Origin: a virus
IMG/VR virus record: IMGVR_UViG_3300013101_000005
Span: 1-64,000 of that record
Length of the DNA stretch: 64,000 nt
Direction: 5' to 3' (one strand)
Part shown: positions 57,531-64,000 of the stretch, in pieces
Position numbering within the stretch: the first letter of the stretch is position 1
How the letters are laid out: every line of letters begins with the position of its first letter
The notes under the pieces: model-generated
What the model was told of the DNA's origin: nothing
The model's input: only the letters and a program-made list of their open reading frames with translations
Database searches by the model: none
Position numbers and translations under genes: made by a program

Positions 57531-57992
57531 ATGGCCCCAAATTTACCAATAGAATTTACCGATGAAGTTAGGCTCGAAATAATAGCTGAAGATACCTATT
57601 TAGATGAAGAAATATGGACGTTTGCTAGAAAAACTGCACAACGAATAAATCCATTAATTCAAGGTGATGCTTTTGTTGAGGATGGTACATCTGTGTGGGA
57701 TTATACTATATCTGGTAGTGCCCAAATAAATGATCCAGCCTATTGGGAAATAGTAAAGTGGGGAACAGTTCACCTTATGTTAAAACATTATATGCATAAA
57801 ATGATTGCAGAAGGTGTTGGAATTTCCGTTGGCCTTGGGTCTGAACGTATAGATACCAAGAGTTTATTATTAACTGTTAAAGAATTGGTAAAAGATGCTG
57901 GGAAAACTTTAAAGGAAAAAATATTAGCCTATAATCTCGTAACTGTCCAAGGATATGTTGTTGACTTATATATAAGTGAAGAAGTATGGTAA
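57531..57992 (+). CDS. Putative head-tail adaptor
   Basis: Synteny; VR..I..D; G.S..LG...ID. Confidence 0.55.
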   Translation: MAPNLPIEFTDEVRLEIIAEDTYLDEEIWTFARKTAQRINPLIQGDAFVEDGTSVWDYTISGSAQINDPAYWEIVKWGTVHLMLKHYMHKMIAEGVGISVGLGSERIDTKSLLLTVKELVKDAGKTLKEKILAYNLVTVQGYVVDLYISEEVW

Positions 57993-58447
57993 CTTATAAC
58001 AAGTATATGAATATATTGCGAAAGCAATTTATACCATTAAAAACCTTTGGTGTACAGTTGCCTCCTATTAAGGAGGACTGTACTTGTGTTGTAAATTATT
58101 CCTTGTCATTGATGAACTCTCCTGCCGAGTACTGTGCAGCTTGCGATAACCGGGGATATATAGAAACTCCTGTAGTTTTTGACATTACAGGCTCTCTTGT
58201 TGATTTTGCGTCTGATTCAAATTCATATGCCAATGCTTTAATTATATCAGAAGCTGGTGATTTTGATTATCAACGATATGTAATTCATGCTGATCTTGAA
58301 GATTGTAAAGTAGAGGATTACGATTACCAGAATTGTTTTGACTTGGCAAAATTTGTAACAATAGATGTGGAAGACTACAAGATAGAAACCATAGATAAAT
58401 CTACACTACTGGGTCAGATACGGGTTATAGTTTCAAGATCGAATTAA
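57986..58447 (+). CDS. Putative head closure protein
   Basis: Synteny; C.C...C..C...GY. Confidence 0.5.
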   Translation: MVTYNKYMNILRKQFIPLKTFGVQLPPIKEDCTCVVNYSLSLMNSPAEYCAACDNRGYIETPVVFDITGSLVDFASDSNSYANALIISEAGDFDYQRYVIHADLEDCKVEDYDYQNCFDLAKFVTIDVEDYKIETIDKSTLLGQIRVIVSRSN

Positions 58448-58474
58448 AGGTACTAAGGGAAAGGACAAGAAGAA

Positions 58475-58705
58475 ATGGATTCTAATAACAAAAAGATAAT
58501 TGTGGGAAGTATAGATAAAGAACTTAATAACGAAACAAGTAGAACTATCAGAAAAGTAATGGAAATACTAGAAAGATACACTAATTATGAAACACTAGAT
58601 GCTGATAGAAAAGCTATTGTTCGGGATACAGTTCTAAACCAAATAAATAGACTAGTTAGAGTTGCAAAGCATAAACAGACCTTAACTTTTTCAAACGAGA
58701 AGTAA
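58475..58705 (+). CDS. Hypothetical protein
   Basis: 76-aa helical ORF. Confidence 0.6.
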   Translation: MDSNNKKIIVGSIDKELNNETSRTIRKVMEILERYTNYETLDADRKAIVRDTVLNQINRLVRVAKHKQTLTFSNEK

Positions 58706-58706
58706 T

Positions 58707-59483
58707 ATGGCTATAAGCGGTTCTTTTATTAATAAACCTGGTGCTATGGATAAGGCACGTGCTGCTTTAAATAAATCTGGTCTAATTTTCTATTTTTCAG
58801 TTAGTTCATTAGATATAGAAAATGAGTTAAGAAAATTTAATAATGCTCTTGCATCTGATTTACTTAAAGAATTAAAAGCAAAGAAACCTGCAAAAGTAAT
58901 ACAAAAGAAATCAGAAGCTAGGTTACTTGGAAGAGTTTCTGCAAGTTCACAAAGAATTATGTCTATAATGGCAGCTATGAAGAGAAATACAAGATATACT
59001 ACCTATAGTGGTCGTGAGACAAAACATGTAGGTAAGGCAAGAAATATTAGAATGCAAATGTTTGATATTAAAGAATTAGATAAAAAGACTAATCTTAATA
59101 AATTAGATAAGTACTTTCCACAAAAACATATTGCGCCTCTTCATGATAATCCAATGCGAAACTTAAGTTCGGCAGCTTATAAATATAGAGGTATGGTAAA
59201 ATTCTCTTTGTGGAGAATGTTTGAGTACAAAACAAAAGGCTCATATCGTATTCCTTTAAGAGCAGAAGGCCCACTTCATTTTACAGTAGACAGTGATGGT
59301 CATAGTACTTGGAAAGTCCAGCGTACTGTAAACTGGACTACACGTGGAGGCGGCATTGCTAGATCTGCTTATTTTATGTTAGATGATAGTAGAAAAATGT
59401 ATAAAAGAGATCAAGGTGTTTTTGCAAGAGCAATTGGGTATGGTGTCCAAAAAATTATCAAAAACAAGACGAGGTTTAGATAA
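58707..59483 (+). CDS. Basic neck/tail-completion protein
   Basis: Synteny; basic; FEY.T motif like HK97 gp10-type proteins. Confidence 0.5.
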   Translation: MAISGSFINKPGAMDKARAALNKSGLIFYFSVSSLDIENELRKFNNALASDLLKELKAKKPAKVIQKKSEARLLGRVSASSQRIMSIMAAMKRNTRYTTYSGRETKHVGKARNIRMQMFDIKELDKKTNLNKLDKYFPQKHIAPLHDNPMRNLSSAAYKYRGMVKFSLWRMFEYKTKGSYRIPLRAEGPLHFTVDSDGHSTWKVQRTVNWTTRGGGIARSAYFMLDDSRKMYKRDQGVFARAIGYGVQKIIKNKTRFR

Positions 59484-60046
59484 TGCAACTTTTTGATGCC
59501 AGTACCTTAGGTATAGATATTTTGTGTGAACTATCTGTTGGTTGGTTTTTTACTGATTTATTAGATAGTTCCGGATTTCACATAATTTACAGGCCAGATG
59601 GAACTACTCCTGTAAATTTCATAAATGGATTTGCTTGGTTGGATGATCTGGAACGTAAGGATGTAGTAACACGTGCAGATTTTACCGATTACAGGCATCA
59701 AATACCCTTGCCAGTGGTATCGTATGATTTTGTAAGTGATTATGCTGAAAGTATAGAATTAGGTAGTAAAACAAAAAAGAAGACGTATAACCTCTCCTTT
59801 ATAATTGGGGCAGAAAATAAAGCGCAAGCTGTTAATTTAGCTAATTTTGTATCTACAACACTGAATGAGAGAGAAGTGCCTATATTAAACTATAATGTGG
59901 ACGCAAAACCCAAAATTGGTGTTATTTACTTTGAAGACATAATTACTACTAGACTTTTTGATGTGTTTTCCAAAACAGATCTTGCCAAAAAGTTCTCATT
60001 GACCATATCAAGTGATGCGGTTGCTGAGTTTAACAATAATTTTTAA
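59483..60046 (+). CDS. Putative tail terminator
   Basis: LP.V, ELG, upstream of the tail tube. Confidence 0.6.
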   Translation: MQLFDASTLGIDILCELSVGWFFTDLLDSSGFHIIYRPDGTTPVNFINGFAWLDDLERKDVVTRADFTDYRHQIPLPVVSYDFVSDYAESIELGSKTKKKTYNLSFIIGAENKAQAVNLANFVSTTLNEREVPILNYNVDAKPKIGVIYFEDIITTRLFDVFSKTDLAKKFSLTISSDAVAEFNNNF

Positions 60047-60073
60047 TAAGAAATTCTCGTAAGGAGGATTAAA

Positions 60074-61384
60074 GTGAGCAAACCTAATGAAATAAGACAT
60101 CCGCAAGCAGCTTTGCTTGCAGAAGAATATGTCTGTCAAAGAGTTCAATCTCTCGGGTATACCGCAGATTTGAATTCCGAAGAGGTTCACCAGCTTACAG
60201 ATGCTAATGTGGTTGAGGTCGTTGATTCAGATCCTACGGTTTCTCTCTCAATTGACATCAATGAGTTTGGTTCAATTAATATATATAATCAATTAGCAGG
60301 ATTTACTGCTTTTCCTACTAGCTTTGATACTGCTGATGCAAAATATGGGTTTACAGAAGCTACACTTGATAATACAAACCATCGTGATGGTACTATTTCC
60401 CATGTTGACTTTGGTGAAATAGGTACTGATTTCATGGTTCATGTCAAGGAAACCTCAGATGGGACTACTACTAGAGCCTTGTGGTTTAGTAATTGTTTCA
60501 TTGATAGTCTCTCTGGTACATATCAGGTTGATGGTTTCGCTTCAGAATCTGTTTCAATGTCTGGTTCTGCCCAACGGTGGTTCTTAAATGCATGGGCAGG
60601 GGCAACTATTGGTTATAGTGAATGGCTTGGTGTTGGTGGTGTTGATCACTCTATGTCAGATCTAGGTTCTGATGGTTCTGTTTTATATCTTACTGAAGAC
60701 GGTATTATATTATCAGATAGTCTCTACACTGTTGCAGCCGCCCAATTTGTACAAGCTGGGGGACATGATTTCCCTGAAGACAGTAGATTCCGTTATATCT
60801 ATGTTCCTAGTACAGTAGTTTTCCCAACTATTCCTCAAGACACTGGTACTCTTATCGGTGGAGTGAAAGAAGGGGAAATTGAGTTGATAATGTGGGATTC
60901 TGATTTAAAAGCGGAACCCGGCATTGGTGTTGACGGTGCTGCTGATATTCAGGCACTTCGGGTACAGTCTATTGATTATGAAATCTCTTTTGATAGAGAA
61001 GATTTGAAACAACTGTATACTGGTACTTACTATAAGGGCTTGAATACTATTACTGTTACAGCTAGTCTAAATGTCCTTGATTCTGATCTTCAAATGTGGG
61101 CTTTAGCTACTGGAAACACTAATAACTATACTAATGATATAGTTAATACCATGTCCTTAGCTGATTTTCAATCTATGAGTACTCTTGATGCTCGTATTGA
61201 TGTCTTTAATACTAAAGACTATTTACTACATGCTGGAGATACTCTATTGAAATCCATTACCCTTATTGGGGGCAAGGTTACATCTGTTGGAGATTCCAGA
61301 GATGTTCCTGGTCGTGGTAGTCAAACGTTTGAAGTTCAATTTACTAATGCTCATTTCACTGGAACTGGGCTTGTCGGTAGGTAA
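60074..61384 (+). CDS. Major tail (tube) protein
   Basis: AAGGAGG RBS; duplicated RVQS motif; upstream of chaperone and tape measure. Confidence 0.75.
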   Translation: MSKPNEIRHPQAALLAEEYVCQRVQSLGYTADLNSEEVHQLTDANVVEVVDSDPTVSLSIDINEFGSINIYNQLAGFTAFPTSFDTADAKYGFTEATLDNTNHRDGTISHVDFGEIGTDFMVHVKETSDGTTTRALWFSNCFIDSLSGTYQVDGFASESVSMSGSAQRWFLNAWAGATIGYSEWLGVGGVDHSMSDLGSDGSVLYLTEDGIILSDSLYTVAAAQFVQAGGHDFPEDSRFRYIYVPSTVVFPTIPQDTGTLIGGVKEGEIELIMWDSDLKAEPGIGVDGAADIQALRVQSIDYEISFDREDLKQLYTGTYYKGLNTITVTASLNVLDSDLQMWALATGNTNNYTNDIVNTMSLADFQSMSTLDARIDVFNTKDYLLHAGDTLLKSITLIGGKVTSVGDSRDVPGRGSQTFEVQFTNAHFTGTGLVGR

Positions 61385-61397
61385 GTTTAATTAAAAT

Positions 61398-61433
61398 TAT
61401 CTGGGTCAGTTGAGTAATTGACTGACTCAGATA
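61398..61433 (+). terminator. Hairpin after the tail tube gene
   Basis: tatctgggtcagt...actgactcagata. Confidence 0.55.
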
Positions 61434-61485
61434 TTAATAAGGTGTAGTAATACACAGGTATGTAGGTAACTACTTGGAGGATGAT

Positions 61486-62172
61486 ATGACTAAGAAAGTA
61501 GAAGAAACTGTTGTTGAGGAAGTTGTTGTTGAAGAAGAAGAAAAAAAAGAGACTAAAGAAGACTCAGAATTATTTACTGTAATAGCTTCCGGAGAGAAAA
61601 CTATTACATATACAAAAGAACCCCATGGGTTTGATCTTGTTGTAAAATTCAAACTACCAACAATGAGTCAAAAAAGTACTGCTGACATGTTATATGCTAA
61701 AAAGTATAACAAACTCCTACAAGATGATGACCATCTAACAACCTCACAACTATTAGAAACAGCAAGACGGCGTAAAACTTGGACCGAAGAAGACGAAATT
61801 CGTGTTACTAAAGTAGACGCTGATATTATAGATACTAAAGAGTTAGTACAAGATGAGAAAAATAAAAAGAAAAAGGAAAGTTTAGAGGCTGAATTAGCAG
61901 AATTTAGGGAAGAGAAATTTAGGTTGGCACTAAAAGTTGGACAGATTACAGGGACTTCCATTGAAGTTCTTTCTGAACAAGAAAGAACCAGTTACATGTT
62001 AATTAATTGTTTATATGTTATTGATGCGTCTGGGGAGTCTGCTTTAATGTATCCTACTAGATCCGCTTTGGACGAAGAGCAAGATCTAAAAAGACTAGAA
62101 ACTGTGTTGCTTGAAGCAAAGAGTTTCTGGTCTGGTGAAGGCTTATCGGATTTTTTGCACTTAGGCGATTAG
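61486..62172 (+). CDS. Tail assembly chaperone (G)
   Basis: Between tube and tape measure; slippery T TTT TTG at 62151-62157. Confidence 0.8.
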   Translation: MTKKVEETVVEEVVVEEEEKKETKEDSELFTVIASGEKTITYTKEPHGFDLVVKFKLPTMSQKSTADMLYAKKYNKLLQDDDHLTTSQLLETARRRKTWTEEDEIRVTKVDADIIDTKELVQDEKNKKKKESLEAELAEFREEKFRLALKVGQITGTSIEVLSEQERTSYMLINCLYVIDASGESALMYPTRSALDEEQDLKRLETVLLEAKSFWSGEGLSDFLHLGD

Positions 62173-62474
62173 CTAGAAATTCTTTTGTGCAACTAAGATG
62201 GAGAGAGAGTTCACGAAGTGGACTTCCTATGTTCCCTATACAACATGCTTCAGATCTTTCTTACGTCCAGTTGTGGCTCCTGCATTGGGTACAGGTATAC
62301 GACTGGGCGTTTTCTTTATCAGACAGAGAGAAACCATCAGACAGCGTTTTAGATGATGATGAAAGTTTTGATGATTGGTATAGATACTATGCCGCACAAA
62401 AGATGAGAGACTCTAGACAAGGTACTGCTAATCGTAGTAGTAGTAAATCCCACGATAACGTTATAACCTTTTAA
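62157..62474 (+). CDS. -1 frameshift extension of the tail chaperone (GT)
   Basis: -1 frame open from 62157 (ALRRLARNSFVQLRW...) to 62474. Confidence 0.8.
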   Translation, partial: ALRRLARNSFVQLRWRESSRSGLPMFPIQHASDLSYVQLWLLHWVQVYDWAFSLSDREKPSDSVLDDDESFDDWYRYYAAQKMRDSRQGTANRSSSKSHDNVITF

Positions 62475-62485
62475 CGGAGATTAAA

Positions 62486-64000
62486 ATGGCCCAAAGTTCA
62501 GACACAGCACGCTTTGTAATTACTGGTGAATTTAGAAGCGGAGAAATGATAAAGCAATTTGAGGCTTCTATTGGTCAGATGTCTAAAATGGCAAGTGCAA
62601 AACTTGGTAAAGTAGGCAAAGAGGTAAGTGCTTCCGTAGAGAGTGGAATGGTTAAAGGAGCCGAAGCTGCTGGCGGTAAGATGGCTAAAGGAATGCAGAA
62701 GGTAAAAACAGAAGCTAAGGGTGCTGGTAAGAATATTGATGATATGGGCAACAAGATGGATAAGGTTAATGCAGACATATTTACTGCGGTAAAACGTGTC
62801 TTATTGTGGGGTACTGCTTCAAGGTTAATCTATAACACTTATGGCAAAATAGCTGATGCTGTAAAAGATGTTGTAGAGTTAAATAGAATTCTTGTAAACA
62901 TTGAAAAAATTCGTCCTGCTGGACTAGATGTAGATATTATAAGCGAAGATATTTTAGCTAAAGCTAAAAAGTATGGTGTTGCTTTTGCTGAAATTGGCGA
63001 AACTCAAAGAACATTCTTCCAGCAAGGTTTTAAAACAGCGGAAGTTATCAAATTAACAGAGTCACAGTTGTTAGCTGTTACTGCTGCTGGGTTAACCGCT
63101 GGTGAAGCCATGGAACTACTTGTTAGTTCTATGACTGTTTTTAATATTTCTGCTCAACGTTCCATTACTATTGTTGATAAATTACAAAATGTCCAAGCTA
63201 ACTATGCGGTGTCTACTCAAGATCTTGCTTCTGCTATGCGAAGGGTTGGTCCTGTCGCTCAAGAACTTGGTGGAGATATTGATCACTTAATTGGACTTAT
63301 AACTACACTAAAAGAGTCTACTCGTAAATCTGGTGAATTTATTGGTACTGCTCTTACTACAATCTTTTCTCGTACTATAACAAGTGTTGGTGCAAGTCAA
63401 TTACGTAGAATTGGTGTAGATATTAATGAGACAGCACAGATATTACGTCCTATAAAAGATATTTTTGATGAAGTAGGCAGAGCATGGGCAAACCTTACTG
63501 ATCAAGAAAGGATTAGTACTGCGTTTGCTCTTGGTGCTAGACGTAGATATCCCCAAGTTATTGCTTTGTTTGAAGATTATGCAAAAGCATTAGAAGTGGC
63601 GGCTCTTTCAACAAACTCCTTTGGTGCTGCTCTTATAGCACAGCAAAAAGAAGTGCAATCAGTATCTAGGCAGATGTCTATTGCTACTGAATCAGCTAAA
63701 CAAGCTGGTATTGCTTTTGTTAAGGCTTTCTCTTTTTCTGGTAGTATTGAATCAGATTTTAAAAAAATAGCAAAAGCTATACAAGATTTTAATAATTTTG
63801 TAAAAAAATCAGCTAGACCTCTAGCAAATATGGCTAAATCTCTGGCCTTTTTTGGTACCGTTGCTATTTTAAATGTAAGTCTAGGGGTGTTAGCAAAGAG
63901 GATAAGTTGGGTAGGGGTTAGGGCTTTGTTTGTGGCACCTGCTCTTACTGCCATGTCTGCACAAATGACAATAGCAAGTAGATCCGCTTTTATCTTAGGG
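62486..64000 (+). CDS. Tape measure protein (5' part; runs off the window)
   Basis: GGAG RBS, ATG 62486; TP901-type core (...IVDKL..V..NYAVS..DLA.A..R.G...IGTAL.TIFSR). Confidence 0.9.
   Translation, partial: MAQSSDTARFVITGEFRSGEMIKQFEASIGQMSKMASAKLGKVGKEVSASVESGMVKGAEAAGGKMAKGMQKVKTEAKGAGKNIDDMGNKMDKVNADIFTAVKRVLLWGTASRLIYNTYGKIADAVKDVVELNRILVNIEKIRPAGLDVDIISEDILAKAKKYGVAFAEIGETQRTFFQQGFKTAEVIKLTESQLLAVTAAGLTAGEAMELLVSSMTVFNISAQRSITIVDKLQNVQANYAVSTQDLASAMRRVGPVAQELGGDIDHLIGLITTLKESTRKSGEFIGTALTTIFSRTITSVGASQLRRIGVDINETAQILRPIKDIFDEVGRAWANLTDQERISTAFALGARRRYPQVIALFEDYAKALEVAALSTNSFGAALIAQQKEVQSVSRQMSIATESAKQAGIAFVKAFSFSGSIESDFKKIAKAIQDFNNFVKKSARPLANMAKSLAFFGTVAILNVSLGVLAKRISWVGVRALFVAPALTAMSAQMTIASRSAFILG

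Noticed and set aside
62575-63954. - strand ORFs 62575-62778 and 63577-63954
   Set aside because: Antisense shadows of the tape measure gene, which is missing from the track only because it has no stop in the window.

Overview
About 64 kb of a large, AT-rich, tailed dsDNA phage genome. It looks siphovirus-like: there is a tail tube, a frameshifted tail chaperone and a tape measure, and no sheath is visible in the window. The host is probably a diderm bacterium (lipoprotein and outer-membrane beta-barrel genes, GT9-like genes, IHF and sigma54-type sites, AGGAG ribosome-binding sites). Two arms diverge from a control region at ~33.1-33.8 kb that carries tRNA-Thr and tRNA-Leu, promoters and a duplicated palindromic repeat. 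The left arm (- strand) holds a second virion-like structural module, an amidase endolysin, a large glycosyl/methyl/sulfotransferase cluster, four exported FN3-like proteins (one fused to LamG), an 8-stranded OMP-like protein, a two-domain secreted glycoside-hydrolase-like protein, two C5 DNA methyltransferases and many small ORFs. It ends in a GC-richer, motif-dense 2.1 kb region with a helically phased array of IHF-like sites. The right arm (+ strand) holds nucleotide metabolism and replication genes (5'-nucleotidase, HU/IHF, thymidine kinase, tyrosine recombinase, SSB, GIY-YIG, family A polymerase, dNMP kinase, sigma factor), followed by terminase, portal, protease/scaffold, capsid, neck, tail tube, chaperone and the start of the tape measure. 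The best candidate for a new system is a phage-encoded, host-exported FN3 filament built by C-terminal donor-strand complementation (LamG tip, shaft subunit, lipoprotein anchor), located next to a glycan-modification operon. All product calls come from motifs read by eye; no searches were run.
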